DNA from: an uncultured delta proteobacterium
GTDB taxonomy: Bacteria > Desulfobacterota > Binatia > DP-6
DNA: 64,000 nucleotides
Direction of reading: 5' to 3'
Assembly (NCBI GenBank): GCA_963815115.1
Contig: CAWFFN010000012.1
Location: forward strand, 128,001 to 192,000
Each line of letters starts with the position of its first letter. The first letter of the stretch is position 1. Below the pieces are notes generated by a model. That model was not told the origin of the DNA and searched no databases. It saw only the letters and a list, made by a program, of their open reading frames with translations. The translations under genes were made by a program, and so were the position numbers. Positions 55,592 through 64,000 of this stretch are shown piece by piece.

Positions 55592-58500
55592 GTGGAGAGG
55601 ACCGCCGCGCCCGCCCCCGGCCCGGCTCCGGGAATCTCGGCAGGGTTCGGGCATGCCGCGTTCGTGGGGCGAGAGCGCGAGCTTGCCGAGCTGACGGGCG
55701 CGATCGATGCCGCGCGCGCTGGCCGGGGCGTCTTCTACCTGGTGAGCGGTGAGCCCGGGATCGGCAAGACACGGCTTGCCGAGCGGGTGGCCGAGGAGGC
55801 GACGTCGCGGGGATTCTCCGTCCTCTGGGGTCGCTGCTGGGAGAGCGGCGGGGCGCCCGCCTACTGGCCCTGGGTCCAGGTGCTCCGTGCGGCCTTGCGG
55901 GGGCGCGATCCGGCGACCCTCGCCGGCGCCACCGGGCGTGCGATCGCCGAGCTCGGTCAGCTCGTCCCGGAGATGGCCCACGGGCTGCCCGACCACGGGC
56001 ATTCTTCGATCCCGGGTCCCATGGTCGACGGGCCCGACGAGGCGCGGGTGCGGCTGTTCGACGCCGTGCAAGCGGTCGTCGCCACCCTGGCTGCCGAGCG
56101 ACCACTGGCCGTGCTGCTCGACGACCTCCACGCCGCCGACGATTCCTCGCTTCTCCTCCTCCAGTACCTCTCTCGCGAGCTCCAGCAGGCCCCCGTGCTC
56201 ATCCTGGGAACGCACCGCGACTGGGAGATGCGGAAGGCACCGGCTCTCCGCCGGCTTCTCGGCGGCCTCGCCCGCGCCAGCCAGCATCTCCCCCTGCGCG
56301 GGCTCGAGGAGCACGACGTCGCACGGTTCGTGGAGGCAGACCGCGGGACGGTGCCCGCGCGCTCGGTCGTCTCGGCGGTGCATCGGGCCACGGGTGGCAA
56401 TCCCTTCTTCCTCCAGGAGATCGTGCGCGGGAATCCGGGGCGAGGCGAGCTCGAGGCTCCGGCACTTCCCTCGTCCGATGCCATCGGCATCCCGATGCGG
56501 GTGCGCGAGATGGTGCGCCGGCGATTCGAGTCGCTCAGCGAGTGCTGCACCCAGACCCTGCCCGTCGCCGCGGTCCTCGGCCAGGAGTTCGACCGCGTCG
56601 TGCTCGGCCAGGCCTGCGATCTGCGCGGCGATCGGCTGCTGGGCATCCTGGACGAGGCCATCGGCGCGGGCGTGGTGCTCCACCTCGGCGGCCATCGCTA
56701 CGGGTTCTCGCACGGGATCATCCGCGAGACCCTGCGCGAGGGCGTGCCGCCGGGCGAGCGCGCCGGGCTCCACGCGCGCATCGCCGAGGTACTCGAGCGG
56801 CGCAGCCCAGGCGATCCCGGTGCCCATCTCGGCGAGCTCGCCTATCACTTCGGCGAAGCCGCGCAGGGTGGCTCCGATCCCGCCAAGGCGATCAGATACG
56901 CGCGCCAGGCGGCGCAGCATGCCATGGTGCGGCTCGCGTTCGAGGAAGCCGTGTCCCTGCTGCAGCAGGCGCTGCTCGCGCTCGATCTGGATCCGAAGGG
57001 CGATCTGGCGCTTCGCGGCGACCTGCTGCTCGCCCTGGGCGAAGCCCAGCGGCGCGCGGGCGAGGCGGACGCGGCGCGCGCGACGTTCGCCCATGCCGCC
57101 GCCGTCGGCCGCCGCCTCGGCTGCTCCACCATGCTCGGCCGCGCCGCCGTCGCCTTCGGCGGCATCGGACGCGAGCGCATCAGCGCCGACTACGACTGGA
57201 TCGCGCTCCTCGAGGAAGCCCTCGCCGCGCTCGGGGGGGAGGACAGCGCGCTGCGCGTGCGGCTGCAGGCGTGCCTTGCGATGGCGCTCTACTGGTCGGA
57301 CGGCCCCGAGCGCCGAGACGCGCTGAGCCGGGATGCCGTCGCGATGGCGCGCCGCCTCGGCGATCCCGCGACGCTCGCCTTCGCCCTGAACTTCCGGCTG
57401 AAGGCGGTCTGGGGCCCCGGCGGCATCGAGGAGCGGCTCGTGTCCGCGAGCGAGATCGTGGCCCTCGCCCGCTCGAGCGGTGATCGCCGTCTGGAATTCG
57501 AGGGCCACCGATGGCGGGTCGTGTGCCTGCTCGAGCTGGGAGACATGGTCGCCGTCGATCGCGAGATCGCGGCCGTGGCCCGCATCGCCGAGGAGCTGCG
57601 CGATCCGCTCTATCGCTGGCACAGCATGGTGTGGCGCAGCATGCGGGCCGCGGTCGACGGCGACTTCGCGCGCGCCGAGGCCCTCGCCGGCGAAGCGCTG
57701 GCCGCCGGCGAGCGGGTGCAGAGCCACGTCTCCACGCCCGTCTACCTCGGCCAGCTGTTCGGGCTCCGCCTGCACCAGGGCCGGCTGGGCGAGCTCACCG
57801 ACGTGCTGCGGGCGCTGGTCGACAGCGGCGTCAACGCCCCGGCGTATCGCTCGGGACTCGCGCAGGCGGCGGCCCAGCGAGGTGACCTCGCGCTCGCGCG
57901 GAGAGAGCTCGATTTCCTCGCCGCGGGCGGCTTTACCTGCCTGCCCACCGACTCGTCCCGCATGACCACGCTCGTCACGATCGCCGAGGTCGCGGCCACG
58001 GTGGGTGACGCGGAGCGTGCGGCGACGCTGATCGAGCACCTGCTGCCCTACGCACATCTCAACGTCGTGGTCGGGCCTGCCCTCGGCTGCTTCGGCGCCG
58101 TGGCGCGCTACCTCGGTCTGCTCGCCACGACGTGCGGGCGCTTCGAGCACGCCGAGCACTATTTCACGCATGCCCTGGCGCTCAACACCCGGCTCGGCGC
58201 GCGCGCCTGGGTCGCCCACACCCAGGCCGACTTCGCCGCGATGCTGCTCCGCCGCGGTGAGCCGGGCGATGGCGCGCGGGCCGCCGAACTCCGCGCCGCA
58301 GCCCTGCAGGCAGCCGAGGCGCTGGGAATGCCGCTCGTGCTGCAGAAACTGTGCGCGCTCGACACCCCGCAGCTCCGGGTGCCCGGCGCCGAGCGGCTGC
58401 CATGCCGCATGGTCCACGAGGGCGATTTCTGGACGGTGTGCTTCGAGGGCGTGACGAGTCGGGTGCGTGACGCGAAGGGCATGCGCTACCTGCGCCAGCT

Positions 58501-59008
58501 CTTCGCCCACCCCGGTCGAGAGTTCCACGTGCTTGCCCTCGTCGCCGACGTCGATGGGCGAGGCACGGAACCAGCTCAGGCGCCCGGCCGCATGACGCAG
58601 ATCGCGCTCGAGCAGCTCGGCATGCATCGCGACGACGACGGCGCCACCGGCATGGTGCTCGACGCCCAGGCGCGGTCGGCCTACCGCAGCCGGTTGTTCG
58701 ACCTCGAGGCCGAGCGCGACGAGGCGGAGGCGGCGAACGACCCGGGGCGCCGCGCGCGCGCCGAAGCGGAGATCGAGTTCCTGGGTCAGGAGCTGTCGCG
58801 CGCCTTCGGCATGGGCGGCCGTGCCCGCCGCGCGGGCTCGATGGCGGAGCGGGCCCGGGTGAGCGTCACGCGCGCCGTGCGAGCGGCGATCGAACGTCTC
58901 GAGAAGGCGAACCCGACCCTCGGCAAGCATCTCGACACCACGATTCGCACCGGCACGTTCTGCTCCTACACCCCTGACCCGCGGGTGCCGCCCTCCTGGC
59001 AGCTGTAG
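55592..59008 (+). CDS. STAND-class AAA_16 ATPase with helical repeat region and C-terminal putative DNA-binding domain
   Basis: FVGRERE, Walker A GEPGIGKT, Walker B LLDDLH, TGGNPFF; C-terminal EGDFWTV...KGMRYL...ERARVSVTRA...IRTGTFCSY; AAGGAG RBS before GTG 55592. Confidence 0.88.
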   Translation: MERTAAPAPGPAPGISAGFGHAAFVGRERELAELTGAIDAARAGRGVFYLVSGEPGIGKTRLAERVAEEATSRGFSVLWGRCWESGGAPAYWPWVQVLRAALRGRDPATLAGATGRAIAELGQLVPEMAHGLPDHGHSSIPGPMVDGPDEARVRLFDAVQAVVATLAAERPLAVLLDDLHAADDSSLLLLQYLSRELQQAPVLILGTHRDWEMRKAPALRRLLGGLARASQHLPLRGLEEHDVARFVEADRGTVPARSVVSAVHRATGGNPFFLQEIVRGNPGRGELEAPALPSSDAIGIPMRVREMVRRRFESLSECCTQTLPVAAVLGQEFDRVVLGQACDLRGDRLLGILDEAIGAGVVLHLGGHRYGFSHGIIRETLREGVPPGERAGLHARIAEVLERRSPGDPGAHLGELAYHFGEAAQGGSDPAKAIRYARQAAQHAMVRLAFEEAVSLLQQALLALDLDPKGDLALRGDLLLALGEAQRRAGEADAARATFAHAAAVGRRLGCSTMLGRAAVAFGGIGRERISADYDWIALLEEALAALGGEDSALRVRLQACLAMALYWSDGPERRDALSRDAVAMARRLGDPATLAFALNFRLKAVWGPGGIEERLVSASEIVALARSSGDRRLEFEGHRWRVVCLLELGDMVAVDREIAAVARIAEELRDPLYRWHSMVWRSMRAAVDGDFARAEALAGEALAAGERVQSHVSTPVYLGQLFGLRLHQGRLGELTDVLRALVDSGVNAPAYRSGLAQAAAQRGDLALARRELDFLAAGGFTCLPTDSSRMTTLVTIAEVAATVGDAERAATLIEHLLPYAHLNVVVGPALGCFGAVARYLGLLATTCGRFEHAEHYFTHALALNTRLGARAWVAHTQADFAAMLLRRGEPGDGARAAELRAAALQAAEALGMPLVLQKLCALDTPQLRVPGAERLPCRMVHEGDFWTVCFEGVTSRVRDAKGMRYLRQLFAHPGREFHVLALVADVDGRGTEPAQAPGRMTQIALEQLGMHRDDDGATGMVLDAQARSAYRSRLFDLEAERDEAEAANDPGRRARAEAEIEFLGQELSRAFGMGGRARRAGSMAERARVSVTRAVRAAIERLEKANPTLGKHLDTTIRTGTFCSYTPDPRVPPSWQL

Positions 59009-59073
59009 GTCCGCAGCTGGCGTCAGCCCTCCACTCCGTTCAGGCCGCCTCGGTTGATCGTGGCGAGGCCGCG

Positions 59074-62000
59074 ATGGAATCATCCCGCTCCATGGCGTCA
59101 CCGTCCGACGGACAAGGCGGAGGAGCCCGCGTCTTCGTCGGACGCGAGCGAGAGATCGCCGAGCTCGAAGCGCACCTGGCTGCCGCCGAGACGGGTCGCG
59201 GCGGGGTCGTGTTGCTCGGCGGGGAGCCGGGAATCGGCAAGACGCGTCTCCTCGACGAGCTCGGCGTGCGCGCCCGCGCCCGCGGGGTGCTCCCGCTCTG
59301 GGGCCGGTGCTGGGAGGAAGGCGGGGCGCCGGCATACTGGCCGTGGGTGCAGATGCTGCGCGCCGGTCTGCGGCACGACGACCCGGCGCACGTCGCGGCC
59401 ACGATCGGGAGCCAGGCGGTGCTCCTCGGAACGCTGGTTCCCGAGCTGCGAGCCGGCGCCCCGGCGGCGCGCGCCGCCCTGCCCGCGGCAGGGGTCGAGT
59501 CCGAGCAGCGGCGCTTCGCACTGTTCGACGCCGTCGCCTCCTTCTTCCGCGCCATCGCGGGTCGCAAGCGGGTGCTGGTCCTGCTCGACGACGTGCACGC
59601 CGCCGACGGCCCGTCGCTCAGGCTGCTCGCCTTTCTCGCCCGCGAGCTGCACGACGCCGCCGTGCTGGTCGTCGGCGCGCATCGGCTGGTGGGGTCACGC
59701 GCCTCGCCGATCCTGACGGAGACCCTGGCGGAGACCGCGCGCGAGGGCGCCGCGGTTCAGCTCGGCGGTCTTCCCGAACGCGACGTCGCGCGCTTCATCG
59801 AGGTCCGGGCCGGCGTCCGTCCGGCTTCCGGGATGGTCGCCGACCTCTGCCGCCAGACCGGTGGCAACCCGTTCTTCCTGGACGAGGTCGTACGCCTGCT
59901 GATCGCGGACGGCCGGCTCACGAGGGCCGGTGGTCTCACCGGCGCACGGCTCGGCGTACCTGTCCGCGTTCGCGACACCATCGAGCGCCGGCTCGAGCCC
60001 CTGTCGGCCGAGTGTCGCGCGCTGCTCTGCGCCGCCGCCGTGGTCGGGCACGAGTTCTCCTTGCAGCAGCTGACCACGATCACGTGCACGGCGCCCGCCG
60101 CCGCGCTCGGCCTGCTCGACGAGGCGCTGGCGGCCGGCATCGTCGGGCGTTCAGCGTCGGGCCGCGCCTTCCGCTTCGTTCACATCCTCTTCCGGGAGTT
60201 CCTCTACGAGAGCTTGCCGGACACCGAGCGCTCCGCTCTGCACGGTCGCTTCGGGAGTTTTCTCGAGCACCAGACCGGTACGCGTGCCGCGCCCGTCCTC
60301 GCGGAGCTGGCGCACCACTTCCTCGAGGCGGTGGAGGGGGGCGGCGACGTCGAGCGAGCGGTCCTCTATGCGCGCCGCGCGGCGGCGGAGGCGATGAGCC
60401 GTCTGGCCTACGAGGAGGCCGTGGGCCTCTGCGAGCGCGCCCTCGAAGCGCTCGCGCTCGGGACCTCGCCCGATGGCTCGACGCGCGCGGACCTGCTGAT
60501 CGACCTCGGCGAGGCGCACCACCGAACCGGTGCGCTCCGAGCGGCGCGCAGCGCGTTCCGGGATGCCGCCGAGATCGCTCGCCACGCAGAGCCGGGGCGC
60601 TCGGGGCGTCTCCTCGCCCGTGCGGCGCTCGGATTCTCGGGGTTGGGACCCGAGGTCGGCCGGGTGGACGGCACCGCCGTGGCACTTCTCGAGGATGCGC
60701 TCGCGACCCTCGATCCGTCCGCCAGCGCGCTCCGCGCCCGGCTCCTTGCCCGGCTCGCGAGCGAGCTGACCTATGCCGCCGGCGACACGCGCCGCTACCA
60801 GCTGAGCGAGCAAGCCGTCGCCATGGCCGAGAGCGCCGGCGACCCGGCCACGCTCGGCTACACGCTGACGCAGCGGCTCGTCGTCTTGATGGAGCCGGGC
60901 CACGTCGAGGAGCGACGGACGCTGGCGTCGGCGATCCTGTCCCTGGGCCAGCGCACGGGCGACCGGGAAATGGCCGCGGAGGGACGGGGCTGGCGACTCA
61001 CCGCGCAGCTCGAGCGCGGCGATCTGGCGGGCGTCGATCAGGACCTCGACGCGCTCAACCAGCTGGCGGAGGAGACCCGCCATCCGCACTACCGCTGGCT
61101 GGCGGCGATGTTCCGGGCCATGCGCGCGCTGCTCGCCGCGCACTTCGAGGACGCCGAGCGGCTCGCGGCCGACGCGCTGGCGATCGGCGAACGCGTGGGG
61201 GACCCGAACGCGCCGGTGGCGTACGGCTCGCAGCTCTACGTCCTGCGCTGGGGACAGGGGCGGCTCGCCGAGCTCGAGCCTCTCATGGCGGGCTTCGTCG
61301 CCCAGCACGCCTCGGCACCGGTGTGGGAGAGCGCCACGGCGCTGATGCACGCGCTGCTGGGACGCCCGAGCGATGCGCGCCCCCGCTTCGAATCCGCGTG
61401 CGACGAGTTCGTGTTCCTGCCACGCGACGTGACCTGGCTGCCTCATCTCGGCCTCCTCGGCGAGGCCTGTGCGATGCTCGGCGACTCGAAGCGCGCCGCC
61501 GTGCTTCATCCCCTGCTGGCGCCCTTCGCGGATCTGACCCTCATCGCGGGGCCGGGAGGGGCGTCGTTCGGGGGAGCGGCGCGCATCGTCGGCCTCCTCT
61601 CGGCCACTCTCGGACGTCAGGACGAGGCGATCGCACACCTCGACCACGCCGTCGAGGTGAACGAGCGGGCCGGCGCGCTCGCCTGGCTCACCCAGTCGCT
61701 GCACGATCGTGCCGCGGCGCTGCTGGCGCGTGACGGCCCCCGGGATCGCGAGTCGGCGGCGGTCTCTCTCGCGCGGGCGCGAGCGCTCGCGCTGCGGCTC
61801 GGCATGCAGGGGATCGCAAAGGCAGCGGACGTGCTCGCACGCCGGCTCGACGAGGACGAGCCGGCGCCGGACAGCGCCTCCTCGCGCCAGGTCCTGCGCC
61901 GCGAGGGAGATCACTGGACCGTGGTCTACGAGGGCCGGGCGTGCCGGCTGCGCGATTCCAAGGGCATGCATCTCCTGGTGCACCTGCTGCGCCACCCCGG

Positions 62001-62250
62001 GCAGGAATTGCACGCCGCCTCGCTGGTCGCGGCAGCGAGCGGGGTGCCGCTCCAGGTCGCGATCGCGGACCTCGACCAGGCGGCATCGGAGCGGGCCCGG
62101 GTGAGCGTGACGCGAGCCGTGCACGGTCTCCTCGACCGGATCGCCATCACGCATCCCGCGCTCGGCGAGCACCTCGCCCGGACGGTGCGGACGGGGACGG
62201 TGTGCTCCTACGCTCCCGATCCGCGTCTCCCGAGCATCTGGGAGTCGTGA
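59074..62250 (+). CDS. STAND-class AAA_16 ATPase, tandem paralog
   Basis: Same architecture: FVGRERE, GEPGIGKT, LLDDVH, TGGNPFF, EGDHWTV...ERARVSVTRA...VRTGTVCSY. Confidence 0.88.
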   Translation: MESSRSMASPSDGQGGGARVFVGREREIAELEAHLAAAETGRGGVVLLGGEPGIGKTRLLDELGVRARARGVLPLWGRCWEEGGAPAYWPWVQMLRAGLRHDDPAHVAATIGSQAVLLGTLVPELRAGAPAARAALPAAGVESEQRRFALFDAVASFFRAIAGRKRVLVLLDDVHAADGPSLRLLAFLARELHDAAVLVVGAHRLVGSRASPILTETLAETAREGAAVQLGGLPERDVARFIEVRAGVRPASGMVADLCRQTGGNPFFLDEVVRLLIADGRLTRAGGLTGARLGVPVRVRDTIERRLEPLSAECRALLCAAAVVGHEFSLQQLTTITCTAPAAALGLLDEALAAGIVGRSASGRAFRFVHILFREFLYESLPDTERSALHGRFGSFLEHQTGTRAAPVLAELAHHFLEAVEGGGDVERAVLYARRAAAEAMSRLAYEEAVGLCERALEALALGTSPDGSTRADLLIDLGEAHHRTGALRAARSAFRDAAEIARHAEPGRSGRLLARAALGFSGLGPEVGRVDGTAVALLEDALATLDPSASALRARLLARLASELTYAAGDTRRYQLSEQAVAMAESAGDPATLGYTLTQRLVVLMEPGHVEERRTLASAILSLGQRTGDREMAAEGRGWRLTAQLERGDLAGVDQDLDALNQLAEETRHPHYRWLAAMFRAMRALLAAHFEDAERLAADALAIGERVGDPNAPVAYGSQLYVLRWGQGRLAELEPLMAGFVAQHASAPVWESATALMHALLGRPSDARPRFESACDEFVFLPRDVTWLPHLGLLGEACAMLGDSKRAAVLHPLLAPFADLTLIAGPGGASFGGAARIVGLLSATLGRQDEAIAHLDHAVEVNERAGALAWLTQSLHDRAAALLARDGPRDRESAAVSLARARALALRLGMQGIAKAADVLARRLDEDEPAPDSASSRQVLRREGDHWTVVYEGRACRLRDSKGMHLLVHLLRHPGQELHAASLVAAASGVPLQVAIADLDQAASERARVSVTRAVHGLLDRIAITHPALGEHLARTVRTGTVCSYAPDPRLPSIWES

Positions 62251-62256
62251 GCTGCT

Positions 62257-63870
62257 TCAGGCGCGCAAGCGCTGGCGCAGCAGGTCCTTGCGCACCTTGC
62301 CGGTGGCGTTGCGCGGCAGTTCGGCCATGACCTCGAGCTGTTCGGGGACCTTCTGACGCATCACCCCGCGTCCCTCCATGAAGGCACGCACCTCGGCGAG
62401 GGAGAGGTCGCCCGCACCGGATGCCAGGACGACGCAGGCGCATACACGCTCGCCCGTGGACGCGTCGGGGATGCCCACCACCGAGACGTCGGCGATCTTC
62501 GGGTGCGCCGCCAGCTCGTCCTCGATACCCTTGGCAGAGAGGTTCTCGCCTTTCCGGATGATGACGTCCTTGCGCCGTCCCGTGATGCGCAGGTGACCGT
62601 CGGCGTCCGCCACGGCGAGATCGCCGGTGCGCAAGAAGCCGTCGGCGGTGAAGGCGTCGTTCAGTACCGCGTCCAGGTAGCCGACGGAGAGCTGCGGACC
62701 GTAGGCTTCGATCTCGCCCTCGACCCCCGGACCGACCGGGCGTCCCGACTCGTCGACGAGCCGGGCAATGGCTCCGGGAACGGGCCGGCCGTCGGTGCCG
62801 TCGAGCTTCTCCTCCGGATCTCCGTGGCGTCCCGAGCTGAACATCGGACACTCGGTCATGCCGTACGAGCGGAACGCAAAGGCGGCCAGATGTCGCCGCA
62901 CCCGGTGCATCAGCTCGGGTGAGACATCGGCAGCACCCGAGCCGCTGCTGCGGACCGACCGGACCTTCTCGGGAGACCAGTTCCTCGCAGCGAACATGCC
63001 CTGCAGGATGGCCGGGGGACCGCCTGCCGAGGTCACGCGATGGCGCTCGATGAGGTCGAGCGCCAGCTCCGGGTCGTAGGTCTCCATCAGGACGACGCTG
63101 GCGCCCGTGCGCAGGGGGAGCATCACGAACATCACGATGCCGCCGATGTGCGTGAGCGGAAACTGGAGCAGGCTCACGTCGTCGGGCGAGGGGGGAAACA
63201 GCCGGGTGTGGTAGTGCAGCACCGCGCCGAGGGTGGAGGGCGTGTGCAGGACGCCCTTCGGGTCTGCCGTCGTCCCCGAGGTGTAGAAGATCGCGGAGAC
63301 GTCGTGCGCTCCATGGGGCGACGGCGGCAGGGGCTCGGGGGGGTCGTCCTCGAGCGATTCGAGGGCATGCTGGCCGGGCGCCGGCTCGGCGCGAACCGTG
63401 ACCACGTGCTCGAGCGAGGCGGTGGCCGCCTGGACGGCCCGGGCGAGCTCGCGATGATCAAAACCCCGCACGGTTCCCGGGACGACGAGCACCCGGGAGC
63501 CGGCCTGGTGGCATGCGAACCCGACCTCGCGCTCGCGGTAGATCGTGATGATCGGGTTCGAGATGGCACCGAGTCGATCGATGGCGGCAGCCAGGGCCGC
63601 CGACTCCATCCAGTTCGGCAGCTGCCAGGACACGACGTCGCCCTGCCGCACGCCGAGACGCGCCAGAGCGACGGCCATGCGCTGCGAACGCGCGTCCACG
63701 TCCCGGAAGGAGAAGCGCCGGCCCCCGTCGCGCAGGCCCTCGACGAGATAGGTCCGGTCAGGATCGGTCCCCGCGCGCCTCCCGAGGAGGGTCGAGAGGC
63801 TCGGCTGCGGCCACTCGCCGCTGGCCTCGTGCCGGGCTCGACGCTCGTCGGGAGGCCGGGTAGGGCGCAT
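62257..63870 (-). CDS. Acyl-CoA synthetase (cyclohexanecarboxylate-CoA ligase-like)
   Basis: WQLPNW, YTSGTTADPKG, YGMTE, TGDL, GRRKDVIIRKGEN, GKVRK; ATG at 63870. Confidence 0.9.
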   Translation of the reverse strand: MRPTRPPDERRARHEASGEWPQPSLSTLLGRRAGTDPDRTYLVEGLRDGGRRFSFRDVDARSQRMAVALARLGVRQGDVVSWQLPNWMESAALAAAIDRLGAISNPIITIYREREVGFACHQAGSRVLVVPGTVRGFDHRELARAVQAATASLEHVVTVRAEPAPGQHALESLEDDPPEPLPPSPHGAHDVSAIFYTSGTTADPKGVLHTPSTLGAVLHYHTRLFPPSPDDVSLLQFPLTHIGGIVMFVMLPLRTGASVVLMETYDPELALDLIERHRVTSAGGPPAILQGMFAARNWSPEKVRSVRSSGSGAADVSPELMHRVRRHLAAFAFRSYGMTECPMFSSGRHGDPEEKLDGTDGRPVPGAIARLVDESGRPVGPGVEGEIEAYGPQLSVGYLDAVLNDAFTADGFLRTGDLAVADADGHLRITGRRKDVIIRKGENLSAKGIEDELAAHPKIADVSVVGIPDASTGERVCACVVLASGAGDLSLAEVRAFMEGRGVMRQKVPEQLEVMAELPRNATGKVRKDLLRQRLRA

Positions 63871-64000
63871 CCGGCTCGCGTACCGGATCTGCAGGCCCGA
63901 CGTCCACGAACGCCGAGGTCGGGGCGAGGAACGGTTGTACGGTCCGAGTTCACGCCTGCACCGCGTCATGCGAATCCCCCGCCCCCGGACGCGTCTCTCG

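Noticed and set aside
55586-59521. 1311-aa minus-strand ORF, and similar giant ORFs at 8089..10818, 21192..23957, 33146..36775, 43949..47848 and 51562..55503
   Set aside because: Shadow ORFs antisense or out of frame to well-supported genes. Stop codons are scarce at this GC content, and the translations are Arg/Ala/Gly/Pro-rich with no motifs.

Overview
A very GC-rich bacterial chromosomal window with about 50 densely packed genes and no rRNA, tRNA, CRISPR array, integrase or transposase that I could recognise. The gene content includes several Amidohydro_2 enzymes, Cys-rich secreted proteins with myxobacterial-type repeats, an MMPL transporter and mau genes. This suggests a soil delta-proteobacteria-like lineage such as Candidatus Binatota (inference only). 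Main blocks in order: groEL 3' end and an ALDH; a pair of unknown paralogous genes; a TPP riboswitch with a multiply frameshifted thiC and an MtnK-like kinase; aconitase A; an amidohydrolase pair in which one partner looks catalytically dead; a ~15 kb lipid-linked glycosylation locus ending in a mosaic ~3.1 kb tandem duplication of a GT-C gene; a mauBEDA plus cytochrome c amine dehydrogenase cluster with no mauG; a hydrolase/thiolase-like/DUF35 catabolic operon; ampG; and two tandem giant STAND (AAA_16) ATPases preceded by a possibly structured intergenic RNA. All calls come from motif recognition by eye. No database searches were run, and many start codons are best guesses.
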